The notes under the pieces: model-generated
Seen by the model: the letters and a program-made list of their open reading frames with translations, nothing else
What the model was told of the DNA's origin: nothing
Database searches by the model: none
Origin: Bacillales bacterium
GTDB taxonomy: Bacteria > Bacillota_I > Bacilli_A > RFN20 > CAG-826
NCBI GenBank assembly: GCA_016287465.1
Contig: JAEEWP010000001.1
Coordinates: 1-53,003 of the forward strand
DNA length: 53,003 bases
Direction: 5' to 3'
Shown here: piece by piece, positions 41,774-51,205 of the stretch
How positions within the stretch are numbered: the first letter of the stretch is position 1
Layout of the letters: the number at the start of each line of letters is the position of its first letter
Position numbers and translations under genes: made by a program

Positions 41774-42112
41774 TTATAACTCTGAGCAAAAGCCTCTTTT
41801 GCCCGTGTCTTCTTTGTCGACGATTTCGAAGCTGGCGCCAAGACCTAAGATACAGCCGATCTTTTTGATCAGTATCCTCTTATTTGGGTCATCGACGTCT
41901 TTGATGAAAGATTCCATATCCGAATTGTCGATATGAAGATGGGTCATTGAGCAAAGCCTTTCCTTGCCGAAGATATTCTTCTTCACGAGACAATCGACGT
42001 ATGTCTCATTTGGGTCTTCGTAGAACTTCAAGATGATGTTGCCGAGGTTCCATTCCGGGGATTCCCCCAAGGTTATGGTTCCTTTATGGATGTTTGAGAA
42101 ATAAGTGTTCAT
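41774..42112 (-). CDS. hypothetical cytoplasmic protein
   Basis: 112-aa ORF starting 8 nt after the stop of 42121..43848. No signal peptide and no family recognised. Confidence 0.6.
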   Translation of the reverse strand: MNTYFSNIHKGTITLGESPEWNLGNIILKFYEDPNETYVDCLVKKNIFGKERLCSMTHLHIDNSDMESFIKDVDDPNKRILIKKIGCILGLGASFEIVDKEDTGKRGFCSEL

Positions 42113-42120
42113 GGTTGGAA

Positions 42121-43848
42121 CTACGCATATAGCGGTGAGAAGTCGTAAGAAGACACGGCTGTATATCTGGTACTGCCTTTGATCATCGTTTTGTAATCCA
42201 TGATCTCGAAGGTGTTGCCGGCGATGGTGAGCTCATAGTCCGGCACTCTTTCTTCGATCGCTGTGGCAGTTTCCCGTTTGAAGATGATTTTGTTGGCGTT
42301 TTCGAGGACTTTTGTTCCAGAAGGGCTACGCTTTTCAACGGTTATTTCTGTGTGCTCATCTCTGAAACGATAGTAGTTTTCGCCGTTACTAAGAGCGTAT
42401 TTAAAATCTCTGCTGCCGGTAAGGGCCGTGTAGAAAGAGCCACCGCTCTCTAGGAACGCTAAGTGTTCGTTGAGAGTATAAGTCTCAGCGTTCGTTTTGT
42501 AGTTATAGTGGCCGACTGGGTAGCTATGATCCACTAAAGCAGGATCGATTTCAAAGACCGTACCTTCCAAAAGGCTGTAGCTGTAATTCGCTGCGTATTC
42601 TTCGTTGGCGACGCTGACATACATAAAAGGAAATTCCTCTTCGCTAAACGAATTGAACGGTGCGCCTGGAATAAATTCATGAGAAAACTCGGTGAGGCTT
42701 TCTTTTGCGAAGCTCCAGCCCATTGCCTCCTTTAAAGTCTTGGCATCAGGCGAAGGCTCAAGAGTGTCGAATTTGAAGATTATCGTTGTTTCCAAGCTGT
42801 CGAGAAACACTTTAACGGAAACCGATTGTTTCTCGATGTCTTCGGAATCAAGCTTCCCAAAGAAACTTACGACGACATTATCCTGACGGTTGTTGGAGAC
42901 AGCTTGTTTGAAAAGGGCATGTCCGCTATAACCGACAGGCAAATGGGCCGGCAAGTCGCTGTAATCGCCGCTGTTCCTTGTGATTGTTGAGGTGATGCAG
43001 TAGGCCTTATCCACACATGCATGTTCGATAACGAGCGTATGGCTATCGGGATATATAAGGACGCCTAGATCTTCCACCGGCGGTTGTGATGGCATCAACG
43101 GCATCACCGTTCTGGCGCTATCCGCCGTAGTCACGCTTAACGTAGAGGAATCAATCTTGAGGAAGTTTTGCCAATCTATGCCGATAGTGCGATGCAAATA
43201 TACGAAAGTGCCTTTGCCCATTAAGCGGTTAAGCTCTATGACGTTATCAGTGTTGAAGATATCGTCGTTGTATTTTTTGACGACTATCTCGTGGTCTTCA
43301 AAGAAGAATTCATAGTCGTATTTACCAGGTTCGTCCAATTTATATAGCTCGGTGTCGTTGTGGTAATCGTACACGCCAATCCACTTGCCAGCACTCTGTC
43401 TTGAGCGGCCATCGCCACTCGTATAAACGAAATCGAGATAGCCATCTTGATTGATGTCGGCGAAGAACAAAGTGAAAAGATCGCGTAGAATCCTTGTTTT
43501 CGTTTCTTTGATATAAAGATCGCCCAGTTCCAGAGTGAATTCCTCATTCAGGTTATCGATTCTAAAAGAATAGCCATCGAGGGGGATGCGCTCGTCTGCT
43601 TGCATAACGACCATAACTTCTTTATCGAGATCGCGAAGACGGACTTCGGGGGTGATGCTGCTAGAAGCTTCGCTGCCAAGGATTTCAGGAACGCTCGTTC
43701 CTCCTGAACAGGTAACGGATTGAGTACCACTAGAAGATTCAGGAACGCTTCCGAGCGAATCGTCAACTCTTGGCATATCTTGGCAGCTACTTAACGCAAA
43801 AGCGCTCAGCAATATGGCGAATAATGATTTGGTCTTAATGCTTTTCAT
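42121..43848 (-). CDS. hypothetical lipoprotein with an FG-GAP/VCBS-like Ca-binding repeat
   Basis: Start taken at MKSIKTKSLFAILLSAFALSSCQD (AGGAGG RBS, lipobox LSSC). The track ORF start at 43959 adds 37 unlikely residues. Contains a DINQDGYLDFVYTSGDG motif. Confidence 0.78.
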   Translation of the reverse strand: MKSIKTKSLFAILLSAFALSSCQDMPRVDDSLGSVPESSSGTQSVTCSGGTSVPEILGSEASSSITPEVRLRDLDKEVMVVMQADERIPLDGYSFRIDNLNEEFTLELGDLYIKETKTRILRDLFTLFFADINQDGYLDFVYTSGDGRSRQSAGKWIGVYDYHNDTELYKLDEPGKYDYEFFFEDHEIVVKKYNDDIFNTDNVIELNRLMGKGTFVYLHRTIGIDWQNFLKIDSSTLSVTTADSARTVMPLMPSQPPVEDLGVLIYPDSHTLVIEHACVDKAYCITSTITRNSGDYSDLPAHLPVGYSGHALFKQAVSNNRQDNVVVSFFGKLDSEDIEKQSVSVKVFLDSLETTIIFKFDTLEPSPDAKTLKEAMGWSFAKESLTEFSHEFIPGAPFNSFSEEEFPFMYVSVANEEYAANYSYSLLEGTVFEIDPALVDHSYPVGHYNYKTNAETYTLNEHLAFLESGGSFYTALTGSRDFKYALSNGENYYRFRDEHTEITVEKRSPSGTKVLENANKIIFKRETATAIEERVPDYELTIAGNTFEIMDYKTMIKGSTRYTAVSSYDFSPLYA

Positions 43849-43943
43849 AAGATTGCCTCCTATTATGCCTCTGCCAATAAGACGGACAAAGGTGGCAAAA
43901 CCGCTCACCTTACTGCTCATAATTTCACAAGATAAGAAAAAAA

Positions 43944-43966
43944 GCACTTTGTATTTCACAAAATGC
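43944..43966 (-). terminator. intrinsic terminator after tRNA-Thr
   Basis: GCATTTTGTG-AAA-TACAAAGTGC (imperfect) followed by T7+ on the minus strand. Confidence 0.55.
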
Positions 43967-43977
43967 CTGCTTTCGAT

Positions 43978-44051
43978 TGGTGCCCCGCCGCAGAGTCGAA
44001 CTACGAATTGATCCTTACCATGGATCTGTTATGCCGTTTAACTAGCGGGGC
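43978..44051 (-). tRNA. tRNA-Thr (anticodon GGU)
   Basis: Hand-folded 74-nt cloverleaf. Acceptor stem GCCCCGC/GCGGGGC, anticodon stem GATCC/GGATC with loop ATGGTAA, T arm CGTAG-TTCGACT-CTGCG, and an encoded CCA. Confidence 0.88.
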
Positions 44052-44061
44052 AGCGAGTAGA

Positions 44062-44090
44062 ATTATAGTTTCTTAAGAAACAACGCGCAA
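44062..44090 (-). promoter_or_regulatory. sigma-70/SigA-type promoter for tRNA-Thr
   Basis: Minus strand TTGCGC, 17 nt, TATAAT. The -10 ends 10 nt before the tRNA 5' end. Confidence 0.6.
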
Positions 44091-44100
44091 GAGTTAATGA

Positions 44101-45393
44101 TTATTTCGTTTCCTTGCCTATCAAATCATAGACCATCGCATTGTCGATCCTGACTTTTACGATGTCGCCCGGCTTATGTTTTTCCGCGCTCCAAAAATAG
44201 ATGTTTCCATCGATGTCGTCTGGGGCATTCCAGTATGAGCGGAGAGTGTACATGTCCCTCTTCTTGTCATATCCCGTGACGATTCCTTCCATCACTTCCC
44301 CTATTCTTCCTTTGTTAAGGCGGTAGGAGATTTTCTTCGCTAAAGCCATGATCTCATCTTTTCTTTTGAGCGCGGTCGCGTGTCTCACCTGATGAGGCAT
44401 GTTATACGCGGCTGTTCCTTCTTCTCTTGAGAAGGTGAAAACACCAAGATGGTCAAAAGGAATCTCCTCTAAGAACTTCACTGTCTCATCGTGTTCCGTC
44501 TTGGTTTCGCCTGGGAAACCGGAGATGAGGGTGGTTCTGAGGACGGCTTTTGGTATCATGGCCTTGATCTTGCGGAAAAGGACTTTCATCTCCTCCACCG
44601 TTCCGTGTCTATTCATTAAACGGAGCATCTTATTGCTCGCGGTCTGGATCGGGACATCGAAATATGGCGCGATGGTCTTGGAGTTCTTGATGAAGCGGAG
44701 TTCCTCATCGGTGATCTCCTCCGGATACATATAAAGGACCTTGATGCTATAGAAGCCCATGTTGTCGAGGGCGTGCATGAGTTTAACCATGTCTGGCCCG
44801 TCTTTGATGTCGCAGCCATAATGCATCGGGTCTTGGGAGACGAGAGCGATTTCCTTCACCCCTTTGGCTTTGAGGATGAGGGCTTCGGCGACGATCTCCT
44901 CAAGCGGGCGGGACTTCATCCTTCCTCTGATATAAGGAATCGCGCAGAAAGAGCAGAAATTGTCGCAGCCATCGGAGATTCTTAAGTATGCAAAATATGG
45001 AGCGGTCGAGATCATCCTTCTCATCGGATTGAGCTGGATGATGCCTTTCTCCCCTAAAAGCTCCATGACGAGGAGGTTCATCTTCGGATAGTCGCGAAGA
45101 GGGACCCAAAGGTCGACCTCAGGGATGGCTTTCTTTAGCTCTTCGAGGCTACGCTCGACGAAGCAACCGGTGACGATGAGCTTGGCTTGTCTATGGGAGG
45201 CCATCTCAAGGATGGTGTCTATTGCCTCTTTCTTGGCAGGCTCGATGAAGCCACAGGTATTGACGATGATAACATCGGCTTCTTCCGGGTTTGGGGTAAT
45301 CTGAAAACGGTCTCCTGGGAAGGAGGCGAGCATCATCTCACTATCCACTAGGTTCTTAGCGCAGCCTAGGGAGACCATTCCAATTCTCTTCAT
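44101..45393 (-). CDS. rimO: ribosomal protein S12 methylthiotransferase RimO (radical SAM MTTase)
   Basis: 430 aa with VSLGCAKNLVDSE, NTCGFIEPAKKEA, radical-SAM CDNFCSFC and a C-terminal TRAM-like domain. Confidence 0.88.
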   Translation of the reverse strand: MKRIGMVSLGCAKNLVDSEMMLASFPGDRFQITPNPEEADVIIVNTCGFIEPAKKEAIDTILEMASHRQAKLIVTGCFVERSLEELKKAIPEVDLWVPLRDYPKMNLLVMELLGEKGIIQLNPMRRMISTAPYFAYLRISDGCDNFCSFCAIPYIRGRMKSRPLEEIVAEALILKAKGVKEIALVSQDPMHYGCDIKDGPDMVKLMHALDNMGFYSIKVLYMYPEEITDEELRFIKNSKTIAPYFDVPIQTASNKMLRLMNRHGTVEEMKVLFRKIKAMIPKAVLRTTLISGFPGETKTEHDETVKFLEEIPFDHLGVFTFSREEGTAAYNMPHQVRHATALKRKDEIMALAKKISYRLNKGRIGEVMEGIVTGYDKKRDMYTLRSYWNAPDDIDGNIYFWSAEKHKPGDIVKVRIDNAMVYDLIGKETK

Positions 45394-45395
45394 GT

Positions 45396-46877
45396 TTAGT
45401 TAAGGGCTTCTTTGAGGAAAGCGTCATAGGCCTTCTGTGACTTCTCGTCTTCTTTGAAGACGGCAACGTTCTTAAGTATGTTGCGGCAGACTCTGTTGAT
45501 ATATGTTGCGACGTCTAAGGATGGGTTCTCTTTCATCGCATTGATCATATCCTCGAAGAGAGCCATATCTGGGTACTCTTTGAGGTATTCCTCTTTGCTC
45601 ATGTTGACGGATTTCTCCGCTTCGACCATCTGGCGCTCTAAACGGGCTGGGAGGATGAATTGGCCAGCGCATTCGATAAGGCCGATGCCCTCCTTCTTGA
45701 TGGCGTGGTATTCAGGATGGGCGTGGAAGACGCCGTCTGGATATTCTTCGGTCGTGATATTGCAGCGTAAGACGATGATGAGCTGATATTCGTCTCCGCG
45801 TTTTAAGGCGTAGGAAGTAACCGTGTTGTGCTTGTTGCCTTCGCTTTCGTGGATGATGCCAAGCTCTTCGTTGTCATAGGCTCTCCAGGCGTTAAGGATC
45901 TTCTCACCGAGGTCCATGATCTCTTCTTTGTCGGTTCCAGAGATGCGGATTGTGTTCGTGTAATAGTCCACTTTCGCGACTTTCGTGCCGGATTTGCTGG
46001 TGAAAATGACTTCTTTGTCTTTCGCAGCAAAGAGAGGAAGCACTGGCGATCCGCCTTGGAAATGCTCGTGATTTAAGATGGAACCACCGACGATCGGGAG
46101 GTCGCTGTTGCTGCCCATGAAGAAGACCGGGAACTGCTCGACGAAGGAAAGGAGACGGTCAAAGGTCTTCCTTTCGACTTTCATCGGGATATGGTCCTCT
46201 TTGAAGGCGATGCAATGGTTACGGAAGTATCCGTATGGGGAATACTGGAGGTACCATCTCTCCCCAGCAAGGGTAAGAGGGACGTACCTGATGGTCATTC
46301 TGGCGGCGTGTTTGTCATCGCCGTAATAGCCAAGGTTCTCAACGCAGAGGGCGCACTTCGGATAGTTCGTCGAAGCGGTCGTCAAGAGCTTAGCGATGTC
46401 CTTGTTGTTTTTCTCAGGTTTGGAGAGGTTGATGGAGACACCGATATTTGGGCCGTCCTCGAAGGTGGCGATCCATTCTTTGTTGCGCTCAACCTTTGTC
46501 TTCTGGAAATAATAATTGCTCGTACCAAGGGCTTTTAGGAACTGGAGAGCGGTCGTTGGATCGCTGGCTTTGAATTCTTCGAAAGCGCCGTTAACGAGGC
46601 TTGGGAGAGGAGAGACGATGCCAAGAGCGAAATCGGCTTTTCTTTCCGCTTCTTTCTCGTCGTCACCATGGAGAAGGCAATACTCGACGATCTCGGAAAC
46701 GAGGTTGTCAGGGACTTCCATGTTCTCGATGTCTCTCTTATTGATCTCACCTTCGTAAGGCTCAGTGGCTCCGAAGAAATGGAGAAGGATATTCTGGAGG
46801 TAGATCTTGTCGCTATCTAGAAGATAGAGATGCTTTTCGGCATAATAAATGAGTTCGGCGATTATCTTGCTAATCAT
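45396..46877 (-). CDS. galT: UDP-glucose--hexose-1-phosphate uridylyltransferase (class II GalT)
   Basis: 493 aa with CALCVENLGYYG, LQYSPYGYFRNHCI, GSNSDLPIVGGSILNHEHFQGG. Confidence 0.92.
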   Translation of the reverse strand: MISKIIAELIYYAEKHLYLLDSDKIYLQNILLHFFGATEPYEGEINKRDIENMEVPDNLVSEIVEYCLLHGDDEKEAERKADFALGIVSPLPSLVNGAFEEFKASDPTTALQFLKALGTSNYYFQKTKVERNKEWIATFEDGPNIGVSINLSKPEKNNKDIAKLLTTASTNYPKCALCVENLGYYGDDKHAARMTIRYVPLTLAGERWYLQYSPYGYFRNHCIAFKEDHIPMKVERKTFDRLLSFVEQFPVFFMGSNSDLPIVGGSILNHEHFQGGSPVLPLFAAKDKEVIFTSKSGTKVAKVDYYTNTIRISGTDKEEIMDLGEKILNAWRAYDNEELGIIHESEGNKHNTVTSYALKRGDEYQLIIVLRCNITTEEYPDGVFHAHPEYHAIKKEGIGLIECAGQFILPARLERQMVEAEKSVNMSKEEYLKEYPDMALFEDMINAMKENPSLDVATYINRVCRNILKNVAVFKEDEKSQKAYDAFLKEALN

Positions 46878-46903
46878 GATGGCGTACTCCTAATTGGATT
46901 TCG

Positions 46904-47932
46904 TTACTTGGTTTTGAAGACATAGGTGATCATATTGACCTGGACCCTCCCCTTCTTTTGGAAGGCTCCTGGCTTAATGACATCTAAGTCGTCGAAGCGG
47001 GGTTCTAAGGCTAAGCCTGAGTACATTTCCTCTTCGTTCCCGTTGGTGAGCGTTCCACCCCCTGGGAAGTTATCAGCATAACATGTTATGGCTGGAAAAG
47101 TTGTAAAGATTTGCAAAGAAGCAATAGGACTCTCGAGTGTCAGGAGAGGTTTTTCCATCGCGGATTTGTCTTTGCGGTAGTCTATACACTTAGCGTTCGT
47201 CCTGATGAAAACATGGTCCAAACCGTTGGTTGGGAGCTTTGCTAAATCCTTGTTTGGCAAGGCCTCATCGAGGGAAATGCCTTTGCGGAAATCGAGATTC
47301 TCCGGGACCTTGATGAATTCTTTGGCGACGCATCCCTCATCGAAAAGGGAGACCCGGTCCGCATCAAGGGTGAATCTATGATTCCTGATGTTTTTGTATC
47401 CGCCCAAATTGAAATAGGCGTGATTCGTTAGCCTTGTGTAGGTGTCTTTGGTTGGTTTGCCGGCGATGAATTTGATGTCGATGACGTTCTCTTTCTTGTG
47501 GATGATGTATCTCACGTTGATCATCTGCTCACCTGGTAGGCCTTCTTCACCGTCTTGGAGCATGTAGAAGAAATCCACCACCGCGCCTATTCTCTTTTCA
47601 CGGATATCATAGATCCATGGCTTGTAGCATAGAGCGTCTTTGCCAGCGTGAAGGGTGTTCTTCCCATCGTTTTGGTCGAGACGATATTCTTGGCCGCTGA
47701 TGGTGATCTTCGCGTCTTTGACTCTGCCAGCGATTCTGCCGACGGTCTTGCCGAAGTAAGAACGAGTGTACATCCACTTCTCGAAGTCTTTGCAAGCGAT
47801 GGTCATCGGCTTGTCGTTGATTCTGATTTCATAAATGGACGCGCCGAAATCGCAGAGGGTGACCTCCATTTCGGCGTCATTTCTAATGACGACCATGCGG
47901 CAGCGGCTATTCATCGTCTCGCCTATTTGCAT
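46904..47932 (-). CDS. aldose 1-epimerase (mutarotase) family protein
   Basis: 342 aa with GKTVGRIAGRV, LHAG, LTNHAYFNLGG and GLALEP. GGAGG lies 10 nt before the ATG at 47932. It overlaps the upstream gene by 10 nt. Confidence 0.75.
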   Translation of the reverse strand: MQIGETMNSRCRMVVIRNDAEMEVTLCDFGASIYEIRINDKPMTIACKDFEKWMYTRSYFGKTVGRIAGRVKDAKITISGQEYRLDQNDGKNTLHAGKDALCYKPWIYDIREKRIGAVVDFFYMLQDGEEGLPGEQMINVRYIIHKKENVIDIKFIAGKPTKDTYTRLTNHAYFNLGGYKNIRNHRFTLDADRVSLFDEGCVAKEFIKVPENLDFRKGISLDEALPNKDLAKLPTNGLDHVFIRTNAKCIDYRKDKSAMEKPLLTLESPIASLQIFTTFPAITCYADNFPGGGTLTNGNEEEMYSGLALEPRFDDLDVIKPGAFQKKGRVQVNMITYVFKTK

Positions 47933-49146
47933 GAGGGGTCAGCCTCCATATAGATGGCTTTGAGCTCTTCTGCTCCGAGAATCTTAGGGACAGGATAGAG
48001 AGGGTTGGCTTCGTGGAGGGCGGCCTTCACGAGGTCATCGAGGTCCTCTTTCTTGATGACATGGTCGAAATGGGCTGGGATGCCAAGAGAGTACTTAAGC
48101 ATCTTGACGTAATCGATAAAGGCTTTGGCGGCCTTATCAGTCTTCGATTCTGGATGGACGATTTCGATGAGTTTTGCCAAATCCGCAAGCTTTTTGTGGG
48201 CCTTTTTGCCAAAAGCCTCAAGAACATACGGGAGAAGAACGGCGTTAGCGAAACCGTGTGGGACGTTATACTTTCCGCCTATCGCATGGGCTAAGGCGTG
48301 GACATATCCGACGTATGAACGGGTGAAGGCAACACCCGCGAGATAGGAGGCGTAAATCATGTTCTTGCCTGCTGCTAAGTTATGAGGGTCTTGGTATAAA
48401 CCAAGAAGGTTATGGTAGATGATGTTGACCGCGTATAGGGCGCATTTCTTCGTCTTTCTCGTTAAAGCGTTTCCGATATAGGCCTCCACCGCATGCGTCA
48501 AAGCGTCCATGCCGGTCGCGGCGATGGTCTTTGGAGGGAGGGTCTCTAAGAGAGTCTCATCGAGAATCGCATAATCCGGGACAAGCTTAGGATCGTTGAT
48601 CGCGTATTTTGATCTGGTCTCCGGATCGATGATGACCGCGGCCACGGTGGCTTCGCTTCCGGTTCCGGCTGTCGTTGGGATGGCAACCAAGCACGGGTAT
48701 TTCTTCTTGACCTTGAAAAGGCCTTTGAGGGAAGAGATGTCTTTGGTGTCGTTAGAGATACAGGCTCCGATGATCTTGGCGACGTCGATCGCGGAACCAC
48801 CGCCAAAGGCGATGATTGAATCGATGCCTTCCTCTTTGACAGCATCTAAGGCAGGAAGAACGCTGTTGAAGGTTGGGTTTGGCTCAACTCCGAAATAGAG
48901 GGAATACTTAAGCCCCTTCTGCTCTAAAGCATCAGTCAATGGTCCGATCTTCCCGATCTTCTCAAGGATTGGATCGGCGACGATGAGAGGTTTCTTGTAG
49001 CCGTTCTCAGCAATGATGTCGGCGGCTTTGACATAAAAAGCAGGACCTTTGATGGTCTTTGGTTCCGGGAATTTGATGAGTGGCATCCCGATTTTGTTCA
49101 AAACGAACTGATAGGTACGGTACCCAGCGACTTTGAAAATATTCAT
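47923..49146 (-). CDS. iron-containing (group III) alcohol dehydrogenase
   Basis: 407 aa with GGGSAIDVAK, PTTAGTGSE, THAVEAY and HG.ANAVLLPYV. Confidence 0.9.
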   Translation of the reverse strand: MNIFKVAGYRTYQFVLNKIGMPLIKFPEPKTIKGPAFYVKAADIIAENGYKKPLIVADPILEKIGKIGPLTDALEQKGLKYSLYFGVEPNPTFNSVLPALDAVKEEGIDSIIAFGGGSAIDVAKIIGACISNDTKDISSLKGLFKVKKKYPCLVAIPTTAGTGSEATVAAVIIDPETRSKYAINDPKLVPDYAILDETLLETLPPKTIAATGMDALTHAVEAYIGNALTRKTKKCALYAVNIIYHNLLGLYQDPHNLAAGKNMIYASYLAGVAFTRSYVGYVHALAHAIGGKYNVPHGFANAVLLPYVLEAFGKKAHKKLADLAKLIEIVHPESKTDKAAKAFIDYVKMLKYSLGIPAHFDHVIKKEDLDDLVKAALHEANPLYPVPKILGAEELKAIYMEADPSCK

Positions 49147-49190
49147 AACTTTGATGACATTGTAAACCTTAAAAGGGTTTAATGCATCAG

Positions 49191-50678
49191 TTAGGCGTTA
49201 CGGGCAGCGAGTTTAGCGTCAATCTCAGCGAAGGCTTTTTTGTTGTAGATAGGGAGAATCGGGATGTAGGCGAGAATCGAAAGCATCCAGCTGATAGGCC
49301 AGCAGATCCAAAGCAATGGTAGAGTATGAATCTCAGGGATATTGGCCCAGATGAAGGTGATGTAGACGATTCTCATGACGGTGACGAAAAGAATGGTGAT
49401 GAGGGTTGGGGTTTTGGAATGCCCAAGGCCCCTAAGATAGAAGGAACAGACATCCATATAGCCATCAAGGACATAGGTAAGGCCAACGAGGGTGATTCTC
49501 ATCGTGCCCACTTCAAGGGCCATCTTGAAAGCACTCTCGAGGAAGGTTCCGGATTCGTCGGTGAAGGCTTTCGGAGAGACGAATAAACCGATCAACTGAT
49601 AGCGAAGGAAATACGAGATGAGGCCTAAGGAAACGCCGATGATGGTTTCGTACATCATCGAGATCCAGAACACCTTCTTGAGGTTCTCTTTCTTGAGGGC
49701 ACCATAGTTCTGCGAGATAAACGAGGAGACGGCTACGGCAAAGCCGTTCATGGCGATCCAAATGTAATGCTCAATCTGAATCGAGGCGGTGTTTCCTGTC
49801 ACCGCAACCTCACTTGGCATGTCGGCGGTTGAGAAGCCATTAACACCAGTCTGGATGAAGATGTTCGAGAAAGAGAAAACGAATGACTGGATGCCAGCAG
49901 GAATACCGTTTTTGAGGATTTCCTTGGTCTCTTTCTTGTAGATGGTCCAATCCTTCCAGGAGAAGACCGCGAAGGATTCTTTGTTATGCGAGAGGAAGAA
50001 AAGGATGAGAAGGGCTTCTAAGAACTCAGCGATGACAGTCGTGATTGCAACACCGACAACGTCGAGGTTAAAGACCATGACGAAGAGGAAGTTAAGGCCG
50101 ATATTGACGATGCCACAGATAAGCAAAACATAAAGAGGACGTTTGGAATCGCCCATGCCTCTAAGGAGAGCGGAGCCGAAATTGAAGACCATCAAGAACG
50201 GCATGCCAAGGAAGTAAATGCGAAGGTAGGCAATGGCTTTGTCGATATAGAGGTCCGGCGTCCTCATTAACTCCAAAAGAGCCGGAGCGACAAACCAGGC
50301 CGCAATAGCGAGGAAGACGCCCGAGAACAACGAAATGATGACGGAACTCTGAACGGTTCTTCGAGCGGTCTCTTTGTCATTCATTCCCCTGGCTTTGGCG
50401 ATGACGACGTTGGCGCCTACTGATATGCCGACGAATAAACCGATGATGAGATTGATGAGAGCGCTGTTGCTTCCAACCGCGTTCATCGAGGTATATCCAC
50501 CGCCGAAATTGGAGACTACCAATTCGTCGACCGAACTATAGAACATCTGGAGGAAAGAAAGGAGAACCATCGGGATGGCGTATAGCGGAATGGTCGCAAA
50601 AAGATTGCCTTCCGTGAGGTTGATCTGACCGCTGAAGATGCGGTGAAGTTTTTGGCTAAAGGACTCTTTCTTCTCCAC
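49191..50678 (-). CDS. MATE-family efflux transporter
   Basis: 495 aa, 12 TM helices, N-terminal ...IPLYAIPMVLLSFLQMFYSSVDELVVSNFGG pattern. The only in-frame start upstream of this block is a GTG at 50678, with no clear SD. Confidence 0.85.
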   Translation of the reverse strand: MEKKESFSQKLHRIFSGQINLTEGNLFATIPLYAIPMVLLSFLQMFYSSVDELVVSNFGGGYTSMNAVGSNSALINLIIGLFVGISVGANVVIAKARGMNDKETARRTVQSSVIISLFSGVFLAIAAWFVAPALLELMRTPDLYIDKAIAYLRIYFLGMPFLMVFNFGSALLRGMGDSKRPLYVLLICGIVNIGLNFLFVMVFNLDVVGVAITTVIAEFLEALLILFFLSHNKESFAVFSWKDWTIYKKETKEILKNGIPAGIQSFVFSFSNIFIQTGVNGFSTADMPSEVAVTGNTASIQIEHYIWIAMNGFAVAVSSFISQNYGALKKENLKKVFWISMMYETIIGVSLGLISYFLRYQLIGLFVSPKAFTDESGTFLESAFKMALEVGTMRITLVGLTYVLDGYMDVCSFYLRGLGHSKTPTLITILFVTVMRIVYITFIWANIPEIHTLPLLWICWPISWMLSILAYIPILPIYNKKAFAEIDAKLAARNA

Positions 50679-50762
50679 GAGGACATATTCTAGTTTTTTC
50701 TAGGATAAATTCCTAGAAGAATGCGTGGCGACCTTTCTTTTTGAAAATTGGCAAAAAGAAAA

Positions 50763-50784
50763 ATCCCCCGTTTTTGCAGGGGAT
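50763..50784 (-). terminator. intrinsic terminator after the 50817..51203 gene
   Basis: ATCCCC..GGGGAT hairpin followed by TTTTTCTTTTT on the minus strand. Confidence 0.6.
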
Positions 50785-50816
50785 ATTTCAAAAATAGCTA
50801 GTTTTTGATGGGGTTT

Positions 50817-51203
50817 TTATTGAGGCTTGTAGGTGTCTCTAATGATCATCAAAACACCAGCGATGGGGTCAACGAAGATAAGGGAGCAGATGGAGAATCC
50901 AATGCCGTATGGCTCATTCTTCTCAGCCTGTTTGAAGGCGTGCATCGTCATTGGGATCATCCAGATGAGAGGGATGAGCAGGAAGCCACAGGCGACGGTT
51001 GGAATGATCATCAAGATTTTGATGGCGAGATCAAGTCCGGTTTGGGCCTCGCTCGCGACTTTATCCTTTTTGGAGGAATCGACGACCTCAGCCTCCTCAT
51101 AGCGATCGTCTTCCGAATACCTGTCCTGAAGCGCGCCGCAAGATGGGCAGAACTTGTTTCCGTTCTCGACTTCTTTCCCGCAGTGATGGCAGAAATGTTT
51201 CAT
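50817..51203 (-). CDS. zinc-ribbon domain membrane protein (paralogue-like of 1753..2217)
   Basis: MKHFCHHCGKEVENGNKFCPSCG zinc ribbon, an acidic linker and 2-3 TM helices. The start is 2 nt after the stop of 51206..51961. AAAAGGAG RBS. Confidence 0.8.
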   Translation of the reverse strand: MKHFCHHCGKEVENGNKFCPSCGALQDRYSEDDRYEEAEVVDSSKKDKVASEAQTGLDLAIKILMIIPTVACGFLLIPLIWMIPMTMHAFKQAEKNEPYGIGFSICSLIFVDPIAGVLMIIRDTYKPQ

Positions 51204-51205
51204 GA

